Shown: positions 28,590 through 40,357 of the stretch, one piece after another
How the letters are laid out: each line of letters starts with the position of its first letter
How positions within the stretch are numbered: the first letter of the stretch is position 1
NCBI GenBank assembly: GCA_038087875.1
Contig: CM075991.1
Span: 496,001-560,000, forward strand
Direction of reading: 5' to 3'
Origin: Malacoraja senta
Lineage: Eukaryota
Length of the DNA: 64,000 bases
Notes under the pieces: generated by a model
Databases searched by the model: none
The model's input: the letters and a program-made list of their open reading frames with translations, nothing else
Told to the model about the DNA's origin: nothing
Position numbers and translations under genes: made by a program

Positions 28590-31500
28590 AGCTCACTATA
28601 GCCAGCCTGAATATCAATGGGGGCAGGGGGTCTCTCCGTAGGTTTCACCATCTCTCAGTGCTCAGGGACGGGAGGTATGCGGTGAGCTTCCTGCAGGAAA
28701 CACACACTGTGGCTAGTGATGAACCCACCTGGCTCCTGGAGTGGGAAGGGGGGGTCTACATGAGTCATCTCAGCTCCAAATCGAGTGGAGTAGCCTTCCT
28801 GTTGGCCCCGTCTTTCAAGCTGGAGATCCTCAAAGTGCAGGAGGTTGTACCAGGCCGTTTGCTGTATCTGGCCGTGCGCTTGGATGGCGTGCCGTTACAC
28901 TTCGTTAATGTGTACGCCCCCAAGATCGGCGCAATGCAGACGCGCTTAACAAGGGAAGTGACCACGTTGTTGAATACTATCGACCGTGGGGAGTGTGTGT
29001 TCCTTGGGGGAGATTTTAATTGTGCCCTCGAGACAAGAGATCGCTCTGGCGTTCAGCGTGACCCGGGAGCAGTAAAGACTTTGAGGGAGATGGTGGACTC
29101 TTTTGAGCTGGTAGACGCTTGGCGGAATTTCCATCCTGACTCTAACGCCTTCTCGTACAGGTTTGAGGGTGGTGGTTCCCGTATTGATCATTTATGTCTC
29201 TGTCTCCTGTGTTTCGGTGGCCTCCATGTGGCCGGCGCCATGCTCGCGAGTGGATTTTATCCCGACACGCACACGGGCTGGGTCCGCGTACTGGCATTTT
29301 AATAGCCAGCTGTTGGAGGATCGCCGATTTCGGGATTCATTCAGGCAGTTCTGGGCGAGGTGGAGAGAGAGGCAGGGGCGTTTCCTTTCCCTAAGGCAGT
29401 GGTGGGACGTGGGGAAGGTCTACGTCCGTCAGTTTTGCCAGGACTATGCGAGGGGGTCGACCAAGGGGCGGGAATCCGAGATCGGACGGCTTGAGAGAGA
29501 GTTGCTCGACTTGGAGGCTCGTGTGGATCAGACTGGTGGGGCTTCGTGTGAGTGGGAGGAATACCAGGAGAAGAAGGGAGCACTGAGGGACTTGCAGCTT
29601 AGGAGGTCCCGGGGTGCGTATGTGAGGTCGCGGGTCCAGATGTTGCACGACCTGGACCGCGCCTCCCCCTTTTTCTTTTCTCTGGAGAATGGGCGAGGAG
29701 CACGCAGGCAGCTTGTAGAGTTGCTTGCGGATGATGGCTCCTCTGTCACAGATCCAGAGAGCATTGGTGCCTCAGTTCGGTCGTTCTACAGGACTCTGTT
29801 CTCGGCTGGCACATCGAGTGGGGAGGCGCAAGAAGTCCTGTGGGAGGGCTTACCCGCTGTGTGCAATGATGTGGCTGAACAACTGGATGATCCCCTAACT
29901 CTGGAGGAGTTGACTGTTGCCCTGCACCAGCTTAGGAGGGGCAAGTCTCCAGGGCTGGATGGGCTGACTGTGGAGTACCTTAGAGCCTTCTGGGATGTCC
30001 TGGGGGGGCGACTATATGAAGGTCCTGGGGGAGAGCCTGGCGACCGGGGAGATGCCTTTCTCTTGGCGCAGGGCAGTTGTTGTCCTGCTGCCCAAGAAGG
30101 GCGATCTTCGCCTTTTGAAGAACTGGCGCCCGGTCTCTCTCCTCAGCACGGACTACAAAGTCTTTGCACGGGCATTGGCGAATCGCCTGGGTCCCATGCT
30201 GTCCCAGGTGATCCACCCTGACCAGTCGTACACAGTCCCGGGCCGGTCCATCCAGGACAATATCCATCTGCTCCGGGACCTGATCCATCTGTCCCAGGGG
30301 GCTGGTCAGTCGGTCGCCTTTCTCTCCCTCGACCAGGAGAAGGCGTTTGACAGGGTGGAGCACGACTACCTTCTTGGGACTCTGCAGGCGTTCGGATTTG
30401 GACCGCATTTTGTGGCCTGGGTCCGACTTTTATATACTGCTGCAGAATGCCTTGTTAAGGTCAACGGCTCTTTGTTGGCCCCCATTCCCTTTGGGAGGGG
30501 GGTTCATCAGGGATGTCCCATGTCCGGCCAGCTGTATTCCATCTGTGTCGAGCCTTTCCTGTGCCTTCTCCGGAGGCGGTTGACAGGCCTGGCTTTACCG
30601 GGGCCGGGGATGGAGGTGGTTCTCTCGGCCTACGCCGATGATGTCCTTCTGATGTTCACCGACCCTGTTGACCTGTGGAGGATGCGTGAGTGCCAGCAGG
30701 TTTTCTCGGCTGCATCCTCCGCCAGGATCAACTGGGGAAGTGTTCTGGTCTCTTGGTGGGTGGGTGGCAGGTGGGCTCCCTGCCGGAGGAGATGGCAGGT
30801 TTTGCGTGGAGTACCACGCACCTCCTCTATCTGGGGGTCTACCTGAGTCCCGCTGAGGAGGGGTGGCCGGCGAACTGGCAGGAGCTGGAGGCGAAAGTGG
30901 TCGCCCGGCTGGGACGTTGGTCCGGCCTACTTGGTGTGCTCTCTTACCGGGGCAGGGCTGTAGTTATAAACCAGCTGGTGGCCTCTCTGCTGTGGTACCG
31001 GATGGCCACTATGGTCCCATCCTCTTATTTTATAACCATGTTACAGAGGAGATTGGTCAACTTCTTCTGGGGTGAGAGGAACCACTGGGTCTCTGCTGGG
31101 GTTCTGAGTCTCCCGTTGGAGGAGGGTGGTCAGGCGCTGGTCTGTATTCGTACCCAGGTGGCGGCTCTCCGACTCAGGACCCTGCGGAGGTACGTCTACT
31201 CGGACTACCCTCCTAAATGGCACGTGCTGGCGACGTACTTTTTCCGTCAGGGGCGGTGCCTTCAGGAGGGCTCACGGCTCCCGGTAGCGGGCATGAGTCG
31301 ACGCGCTAGGCGGGAGTTGCCTGGCTTTTACCGTGAACTCCTGAAGGCCAGGAATTTGGTCACCTTCAGCCAGGGCCCTGCTCCTCAGGGGGAGGGGGGG
31401 TCGTGGCTGGGACGGTGGGTGTCGAGGAGAGGCGTGTACATGGAGCGATTCCGGACGAGCTTACCCCCGCTCAGTCGGAATTGTTCATAGGGCCCATGGC

Positions 31501-31987
31501 CCGGGACCCTCCCCGAGAGCCGGCCCCATGCAACATGAGCCGCCTTTCTAAGATGCCCAGTGTGCCATTCCGTGGCGCGGAGAGGCGTGTACTGTACAGG
31601 CTGCTCTTGCACACTCTCCACTTCCTCGCCCTCGTCTTCCGTCCAGACACACCCTGGCGGTCCGTGTTACCACCTGACGAGGGGAGCGGTCCCCAGTGGA
31701 GGTCTCTCTACAAGGGAGTCCTCCCCCTTTACATCGGGGACCTGGGGTGGAGAGTTTTGCACAAAGCCGTGGCCTGTAATAGGTACTTGAGCCGGTTCAC
31801 GGACTCTTCCCCTGCTTGTCATTTCTGCGGTGAGGCCCTTTGGCCCATCCGGGGTTACATCCGTGCCCGCGTGTCCCTAGAGAGGGAACACGCGGTGTCC
31901 ACGGGGACTGTGGAGGCCTTCTGTGAACGCTGGTCACCGCAGGAGGTTGAATATATTATAGATAAAAATGTTAATATTTTAATTTGA
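28586..31987 (+). pseudogene. Tx1 ORF2 (endonuclease + reverse transcriptase), several frameshifts
   Basis: Pieces in ORFs 28586-29302, 29163-30221, 29995-30846, 30690-31490 and 31403-31987; the ATG overlaps the ORF1 stop (ATGA). Confidence 0.85.
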
Positions 31988-32122
31988 TAATTGTGTTTAA
32001 GTGTTTTTTAAATTGTGTGAGCTTTCTACCCTCCCTTGTACATTGTACATTTGTTTAAAAATCTAATAAAAAAAAACATTTACGGAAAAAAAAAAAAAGA
32101 AAGAAAAGAGCGGGGCCAAGAA

Positions 32123-32324
32123 ATTTGAAGATAGACACAAAATGCTGGAGTAACTCAGCGGGACCGGCAGCATCTCTGGAGAGAAGCAATGGGTGACGTT
32201 TCGGGTCAAGACCCTTCTTTCAGACTGAAGAAGGGCCTCGACACAAAACATCATCCATTCCTTCTCTCCAGAGTTGCTGCCGGTCCCGCTGAGTTACTCC
32301 AACATTTTGTGTCTATCTTCAAAT
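32123..32324. repeat. About 200-bp palindrome of two inverted Penelope pLTR halves
   Basis: atttgaagatagacacaaaatgctggagtaactcagcgggaccggcagc... is the reverse complement of the right half; centre ttcagactgaa. Confidence 0.85.
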
Positions 32325-32724
32325 GACGTCACGCGCTCCAGACGGCCGTGCGGGCGCATGATGACCCGTGCGACCTTCGCGGGACCGTCGCGCCTCAACG
32401 CGACCACGAGGTGGTGTAATTAGCGAGCCAAGGACACGTAAGTGGGACAGGGGCTTAACTCTACAATGACCCCCTTGATTACTCGATTACCTGTCACCAT
32501 CTCCTTGAGTTTGGGGAAATGGAACAAAGCTCAAGGTGGGAAAATGAAACACTCGAGGGCACAGCTTTAAGGTGAGAGAGGAGATGTACACAGAGGGTGA
32601 TGAGTGCCTGGACATACCGCTCTGCCAGAGGGAAGGAATACAGGTGGAAGCGGGAGGTGGAAGCGGAAGCGGTGGGGAGCTGTGGTGCAAGTCCAGGTGG
32701 GGGACAGGGAGAAGTGGCAGTAGA

Positions 32725-33035
32725 GGGAGATACAGCATGGAAACGGGCCCTTTGGTCCATCGAGTCCATGCTGACAATTCACACACCAGCTCTATGTTAT
32801 CCCACTTCCTCATCCACTCCCACACACACCAGGGGGCAATATACCAAGAGTCAATTAACCCACAAACCCGCAGGTAATTGGGATGTGGGAGGAAACCGGA
32901 GCACCAGGAGGAAACCTACGTGGTCACAGGGAGAACGGACAAACTCCACACAGACGGCAGCCGAGGTCAGGAATGAACCCGGGTCTCTGGCACAGTGAAG
33001 CAGCGGATCTACCCGCTGTGCCACCATGCTGCCCG
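32725..33035 (-). mobile_element. tRNA-derived V-SINE
   Basis: Same architecture. Further partial copies lie at about 2365-2530, 6890-7110, 7230-7650, 14105-14265, 56470-56600 and 59800-60240. Confidence 0.75.
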
Positions 33036-33079
33036 TGTAGTTAGACGTTGCCGCACCTTGCGGCAGCTGCCGATTGAGT

Positions 33080-33757
33080 TAGAGTCCGACAGTGATACAG
33101 TGTAGAAACAGGCCCTTCGGCCCAACGTGCCCACACAGGCCAACATGTCCCAGCTACACTAGTCCCACTTGCCCGCGTTTGGCCCATATCTCTCCCAATC
33201 CATGTACCTGTCTAACTGTTTATTAAACGTTGGGATAGACCCAGCCTCAACTACCTCCTCTGGCAGCTTGTTCCATACACCCACCATCCTTTGTGTATAA
33301 AAGATACGCCTCAGATTCCTATTAAATCTTTTCCCCTTCACCTTGAACCTGTGGCCTCTGGTCCTCGATTCTCTACTCCGGTCGAGAGATTCTGCATCTA
33401 CCAGATCTATTCCTCTCATGATTTTGTACACCTCTGTAAGATCACCCTTTATCCTTCTGCACTCCATGGAATAGAGACCCAGCCTCCACAACCTCTCCCT
33501 GTAGCTCACACCCTCTAGTCCTGGCAACATCCTCGTAAATCTTCTCTGAACCCTTTCAAGCTTGACAATAGCTTTCCTATAACACGGTGCCCAGAACTGT
33601 ACACAATATTTTAAATGCGGTCTCACCAACATCTTATACAACTGCAACATGACCCCCCAACTTCTATACTCAATACTCTGATTGATGAAGGCCAATGTGA
33701 CAAAAGCCTTTTTCACCGCCTTATCTACCTGCGACTCCACCTTCAGGGAACCATGCA
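33080..33757 (-). mobile_element. CR1 3' fragment
   Basis: ORF 33159-33830: VRPHLKYCVQFW...WNKLP. Confidence 0.85.
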
Positions 33758-34549
33758 CCTGCTGGTTGTTTTGTTCGAGGAGACGGGAGGCAGAGGTTGA
33801 GGTATCTCGGTGGCACGGGGGGACCTCCACCCGTGGGTCCAGACCCTGGCGCCATGTGTGCGCAGCGTTGTCCAGAGTTGCCCGCTGTAACCAGGGTCAC
33901 CACCCTGGGGTCTGGCATGGGGAGGTCCCTGATGTTGGAGTGGCCACCACGCCCAGTGGCAACAGTGTATCGGTCACACAACCCCCCCCCCCCATTGCCA
34001 TCTACCCCCAGGGGTAACAGTGTCCCAGTCACACAAACCCTCCCACCTCCCCATGTACCCACCCCCACTGACCACATGACCCCTCATCATTGCACTGTGC
34101 CTACCCCTGTACACTCCCGGTCACACGATCGTGGAATACTTTGCCACTAAGGGCTGCGGAGGCCGTCAGTGGATATATTTAAGGCAGAGCGACAGATTCT
34201 TGATTAGTAACGGGTGCCAGGGGTTATGGGGAGAAGGCATGAGAATGGGGTTCGCAGGGAGAGATAGATAGCATCGATTGAATAGCGGAGTAGACTTGAT
34301 GGGTCGAATGGCCTAATTGTGGTCCTGTCACTTATGACCTTATGATCAAACCCCCACCCCTCTCTGTGTGCACCCCACCTGGCCACACCCCCACCCACCC
34401 CCCTTGTGCCTCCCCTCCCCAGTGGTTACACACCCGCATCCTACCCCCACCCCTGTGAGCCCAGCCCCCCCCCTACCGTGTGCCCCCCACTGTTACCAGT
34501 GACACCACACATCACACCCCCAGCCTGGGTGGGCCGCGGGGACACATAC

Positions 34550-34645
34550 CTTGTTGCGGGCAGGTCCCGTGCCTTTGCTCGTTGCCGATGGGCAGTGCCA
34601 GGGTGTGGATCTGTAGTGTCCGCAGCTGCTCACATCCTCAATAAC
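34550..34645 (-). CDS. AFAP1-family gene, internal exon (post-PH1 linker), phase 0-0
   Basis: gtacag|GTT...AAG|gtatgt; 96 nt, VIEDVSSCGHYRSTPWHCPSATSKGTGPARNK. Resembles the AFAP1 exon starting VIKE immediately after PH1. Confidence 0.7.
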
Positions 34646-34759
34646 CTGTACACGGGCAACACAGGAGGGTCACAATGACCGGTTCCCTCCCGGGCACGTT
34701 GGCAGTGCCAACGCCACGCCTACCTACACACGCCCACCACACCTACACACGCCCACCAT

Positions 34760-35280
34760 ATAGAAACATATATAAAAACATATAGAAAATAGGTGCAGGA
34801 GGAGGCCATTCGGCCCTTCGAGTCAGCACCGCCATTCATTGTGATCATGGCTGATTGTCCTCAATCAATAACCTGTGCCTGCCTTCGCCCCATATCCCTT
34901 GATTCCACTAGCCCCTAGAGCTCTATCTCATCCAGTGACTTGGCCTCCACTGCCCTCTGTGGCAGGGAATTCCACAACTTCACAACTCTCTGGGTGAAAA
35001 TGTTTATTCTCACCTCAGTCTTAAATGGCCTCCCCTTTATTCTAAGACTGTGGCCCCTGGTTCTGGACTCGCCCAACATTGGGAACATTTTTCCTGCATC
35101 TAGCTTGTCCAGTCCTTTTATAACTTTATAAGTTTCTATAAGATCCCCCCTCATCCTTCTAAACTCCAGTGAATACAAGCCTAGTCTTTTCAATCTTTCC
35201 TCATATGACAGTCCCGCCATCCAGGGATCAATCTCGTGAACCTACGCTGCACTGCCTCAATCACAAGGATGTCCTTCCTT
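34760..35280 (-). mobile_element. CR1 3' fragment
   Basis: GLSYEERLKRLGLYSLEFRRMRGDLIE...WNSLP. Confidence 0.85.
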
Positions 35281-35367
35281 GTATGTAGCTAGCTATCCAG
35301 TCTGTAGCCATGTAGCAAGCTACCTAGTTATCCAGTTGGTAGCTCAGTCTAGCTAGCTACCCAGCTG

Positions 35368-35567
35368 NNNNNNNNNNNNNNNNNNNNNNNNNNNNNNNNN
35401 NNNNNNNNNNNNNNNNNNNNNNNNNNNNNNNNNNNNNNNNNNNNNNNNNNNNNNNNNNNNNNNNNNNNNNNNNNNNNNNNNNNNNNNNNNNNNNNNNNNN
35501 NNNNNNNNNNNNNNNNNNNNNNNNNNNNNNNNNNNNNNNNNNNNNNNNNNNNNNNNNNNNNNNNNNN
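35368..35567. other. Assembly gap (200 N)
   Basis: N run. Confidence 1.
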
Positions 35568-35574
35568 CTAACAT

Positions 35575-38500
35575 AGTAAGATTAGAGATGACTAAACTAC
35601 CAGATGATCTTTATGATACGAGGGTTGGGAGCGGAGGGCTACGTTTCTATTAGTAATCCCTCATCGTAACTCCTCATAAAATTAATATCAAACTTCAAAC
35701 TGGTAAGTTCTCGTTTAATCTTACTATTTTACTTCAGAGTCACGTGAGTGACTACGTGAAGACTTTGAAGCTCTGTGATTTCATGCTGGATACGAGTCCA
35801 GGCGTCAAACACTGCATCAATTGACCATGGATGAGTGAAAAAGATTAATGCATTCAGCCATGACATAGTTTGTTAAAAATGCTGATGCTTTAATCATCAG
35901 AGGAAAATTATAGTGACCCCTCCCATCCTGGGGGAAACTATGAAACAAAACATAAATGGAATTTGGAAAAAAAAAAAACAGTCTGGCAATGGGTTATTAT
36001 AAAATGTTGGCAAGTTCGTTCGTTTGACCATCCTGCAGCCGCTAGGATGTGGTCCAGTGGAACGTACATAACCCTTGCTGCTAATATTGTAGCAGCCCTA
36101 GTGGAGTGAGATAGAAAATATTAGTATCTACTGCTGCATAAGCCAAAGCCTGTTTGACCACCTGGAGATGGTCTGGATTGATACCTTTATGAGGTTTTTA
36201 GTAACTAACAAACATTGCTAGTGCAGTGCTTCTAAGGCTCTTGGTGACCTTGATGAATTGTTGTAAATGTGTGACCACAGACAACCAAAGGTCCATGGGG
36301 TATGCCATAAAAATTGTTAAGGACCTAACGCCCCTGGTCTGCTCTGCTTAACTACATCATCAACATAAAATATTATGTTATTAGCAGATGTAACCATACT
36401 GTCCAGTCACAATTTAAGTAGTGGCTGGACCCGTAGCGCTGAGACTGGCGCCATGAGCATAACCACTTTGAAAGTGAGTTTGACCAGGGTTCAAATGTAG
36501 CTGGGCCCTACTGGCGAAGCAGTTTAAGAACAATGCTGACATCCCATATCTCCGAGTACCTGGGCCTGGGAGAATTTGCGTTAAAGATATCATTTAGAAA
36601 TCTGGATGTCAGATGGTGAGACCCGACAGAGTGGGTCCCGATCGCTGCAGCAACTATGATGAGAAAGCACGTTGGCACAGTTAATGGTACTGTAACTTAA
36701 TTAATTGTCAAAGACCCATCTGAAAATGAACTCCGAGACGTTAGTTATCCGTTATCCAATGTATTATATGTAACATTGGCATTAAAACAAAACACTTCCC
36801 ATCTCCTGATGAGGAAAAATGTGCTGCTTTTCCGGTGCTATCCCTGCACTGTGCAGTGAGCACGTACAAAGATCAGTCTGGCAACCCGAGCCGCCGGAAC
36901 GGTCTCTCAGAGTCTGTAGTCTATAAATTGATTTTATCATGCAGAGGATGGTTTCCAGAGTCACGGGGTTGAACCACCAAATGTTTGTGTTTAGGATAAC
37001 TATATAAGGTCCTATATTATTCCCAACATTTAGCGGGAACCATGGCTGCATAGGCCAGTCAGGCAGTACGAAATGCCTGAGGCGACATCTTGCTGGATTT
37101 TGTGCAAGACCCGACTGATGAGGCAAAATGGAGGAAAGACATAAAGAACATTCCTCCTCAGTGTAGCGAGAATACATCTATTGCCACTGTGCCACATATT
37201 TTTACAATGGTGATTGAGCCTGGATGTAAACATATTGATATTCGGTGTTCCATCAAACCACAATGTCATTAAATACTTTGTGATACAACATCCATTCTGT
37301 GTTGTCATAGATCTTTACGTGATGATATACCAGTGCCAAATGAGGTTAGGTAAATTATCACAGGATATTTAACTTGACTGCACCCATGTGATTAACATAT
37401 GCCACCACCATAGTGTATCAACTTGGAGTTGAGCATGCAGATTATGCATATTCGCACAATAAACTTTTAACCCATAGAATACACCTAGTGTCTTATAGGT
37501 AGTTGATACCATATAATTGAAAAATGGTAACTCATGCAAAGCCCATCCGCCTGCGTAACTAGAGATGGTATTCGTAATTTTTCATCTTTGAGTACTGGCA
37601 TGAGTTTGTAATATAACTGAAGAGTTACTGAGCAAAAGTTACAGGAGCAATGTTGAATACTGTTCGTCCACCATTGTGACTTTGATAGCTTCAGCTGGTA
37701 ATAACATAGGTCTGTTAATAATGACCTATATGGCACTGAAGAAGTTACTCCTTTGCAAGTTGTAAGTTCTGATAATGCAAAGGTCCAAATGCACTGCTGA
37801 AAACACAGCCACTATATTGCCAATTACACTTGATGAATAGAGGCTGCTTCACAACAACAAGGTTGTTACAGGCTTTTATTAATTCCAATCTCTTGCCGCA
37901 GGGCGGAGTCACAGTAAATTAATTGAGTTAAAGATAGATCCCAATAATCAATAACTCTAGTCGGTATCAACTTAAACTTAACTGGATGGATGAGAAACCC
38001 CAATTTCTCAAATATAGTGTGCGGCCGAAACAGTTAATTTTAGCAAAATACAGCGTTTAGAATATCATGTAGCTAGGCCATAACAAGTGTTTTTGAGCTC
38101 TAAGCAGCCCAAGCACCGGTTTTAGTAATTTGGTAAATAGCCTGGGAACTGAAGTTAGCATATTTTGCAACGCTTTAACTGTTATCATTGCCCCATCCAG
38201 CTAAATTTCAAATATCTCTGGTGATCCCTGTGAATGAGAACTGAACAGTATGCATCTTTGAGATCAATGCATGCCATAAAGATCCTATGGAAATCAGTTG
38301 TTAGACAGTAACAAAGTTTACTGCACATGCGAGTAAATCAAGGATGAACCGACATCCTGCATCTTACACAATGATCAGGCCACGCCTGCCATAGTTCCGA
38401 GCCTGCCTTGAAAAAACACTCTGGTCATATTTCGGAGCCTGTGTCGAAAGGCAATCCTGGCCATAATACTGAGTCTGCCTTGAAAGACAACTCTGGCCAA

Positions 38501-40206
38501 AATTCTGTGCCTGCCCATATTTCCGAGCCTGTCTCAAAAGGCAAAGCTGGCCATAATACTGAGGTTGCTTCGAAAGACATCTCTGGCCACAATTCCAAGC
38601 CTGCTTAGAATCCTTGTACACTGTGCAGTATAAACTAATCACATGTTCACTTTGTCATTTGTACAAAAAATAAGCGTAAATATTACCAACTTGTAAATGG
38701 TCCACATACCCCATGTTTCGGAAAGAACCAGACCCACCTACCTTCATGGTTACCGGTGGTCTTGTGGTAAGCCCAAAGGCCCCTGATGCGAGTTCTATTT
38801 CCGTCCTTGATTGGAGAGTAGGACTGGTAGGTTACGTGGATTCCATATTTTTCCTGAGACCGGCTTGGGCCTTGGCCTAAAAGACCTCTGCCCAGCTTGC
38901 TGGCTGCCACCAGCTTCAGTGAACCGCTTACTGCCGATGGAGGCGTGGGGTGTGTTGTTGCCGAAACGATGAGGCTGTACTCGTAGTTCGACAGCTTTAG
39001 CTCCCTCATGCAGATCCACCTGTTGAATAGGCTAACCTGAAGAGAAGATTCGGCGGCTGGTTTCCTGGGATTCCATGCCCTTGCAAAGTTACCCCTGATA
39101 GCGCTGTTCACTGCCGGCACTTTCAGGAACAATTTACAGGTGCATGGTATCTCACAGCCGTCACCTGTTCCTGTTATGACGTGACGTGAGGTTTTGCTGC
39201 CAACGGCTGGAACCACTCTTCCTGCAGCACTCCTTCGCTTGCGAGGATGTCGCAAACCTGGATGTCACGACAGACATTCTTGTACCTCACACACGTACTC
39301 CAGTATGTTCCACGGACATACTTCCCAGTTTGGAGTCAGTTACACACTGACCCCTCGCACTCCTCTCCATAGCGAGGGCGATAGTAAGCAGCCCTGAAAC
39401 AGGTGCTGCCGCAGGCCCCCGAGGAGACCTGCGCTGATATGGCCCCTCCACGGACCATACCCTTCGTGCCTCGTGGTACCGAACTCTGAGTCAGACAGAA
39501 CTGACCCTGACTGCTCCCCTCCTCAGAGAGGGAGACACTGTGCAGCCCTGTAAACAGGTGCCACTGCCGCGGGCCCCGAGGAGACCCCCGGTGATATAAC
39601 TCCCTCCTTGGAGCATACCATTGTGGAGAACCTCTCCATCAGGTGCTCCATGTGGGTTAGATGTCCGAAGACGTTACCCATTGAAGGAGGGGATCCTCTC
39701 CATCAGGAATCCTCCTGGCCCGACTCGTTTAAGTTAACGGGCCTCTTCCCTACGCTCCCCTCCTCAGAGAGGGAGATATAATTTAGTGGCTTACCCTCCG
39801 TGGGGTTGCCTAGGGCTACCGGCACCAGACTGAAGCCGCTGGCTCCATCGCCAGCGACTCGAAAGGCGAATTCGACCGCCGCCCGCTACCCGCACTTCCG
39901 CGGTCTCCGTGGCCGGGATTCCCTGAGGTCATGACCGGGATTCCCTACGGTCCGTGACTGGTTCCCCCGCGGCCCGTCCAAACTTCTCCCCGAAATTCAG
40001 CAGGAAAACTCTGTAAACAGAGACTCCTGCAAGAGAAAACATAACCTGGGAATAAGTTTAAAACTTACCTTCAGGTTTAAACTTACTGCTGGAAGGAGCA
40101 GCACGCCTGCCAGTCAGTCTTTCGCAATGCGGTAGATGTAAATGACGCGCATGCGGGCTGACGGGCTTCTATTCACGTAGTCACTCACGTGACTCCAAAG
40201 TAAAAT
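35575..40206 (-). mobile_element. DIRS1-like tyrosine-recombinase retrotransposon, decayed ORFs but both termini present
   Basis: YR motif HSTRAA...ILAAAGWSNE (about 36020-36108); MT-like FTSRLN...YVFPPFCLISRVLHKI (37030-37308); RT PRLFTKLLKPV (about 38110-38150); gag-like 38683-39255. An internal complementary region at 35701-35760 pairs with both ends. Confidence 0.85.
38385..38605. repeat. Degenerate ~36-bp tandem repeat inside the DIRS element
   Basis: ctggccataatactgag...gaaagaca units. Confidence 0.7.
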
Positions 40207-40357
40207 TCAGATTTGATTCAGGTTTTGCAATATAATTGTCAATAAGGAACAATTCTTTAAGAAATATTTCCCAATTATTATACAGGGTTTTTTTTCTTCA
40301 CTCCAGTGCACTGCATTTTGTGAGAACGCCCCTTCATGTTTCCTTTCTAATAACTGT

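Larger units (their letters stand above)
25908..32106 (+). mobile_element. Full-length Tx1-clade (L1 group) non-LTR retrotransposon, frameshifted
   Basis: ORF1 with CHACKKVGHFRKNC knuckle; ORF2 with AP endonuclease (SLNING, LQETH, GDFN) and RT (KNWRPVSLL, QGCPMS, YADD); AATAAA plus poly(A). TSD agagcggggtca (25896-25907) / agagcggggcca (32107-32118). Confidence 0.92.
25566..32455. mobile_element. PIF/Harbinger-like MITE split by the Tx1 insertion (halves about 25566-25907 and 32107-32455)
   Basis: About 65-bp imperfect TIRs AG(G/C)CCCTGTCCCACTTA(T/C)GTGTCC...GCGTTGAGGCG, flanked by TAA on both sides. Confidence 0.75.
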
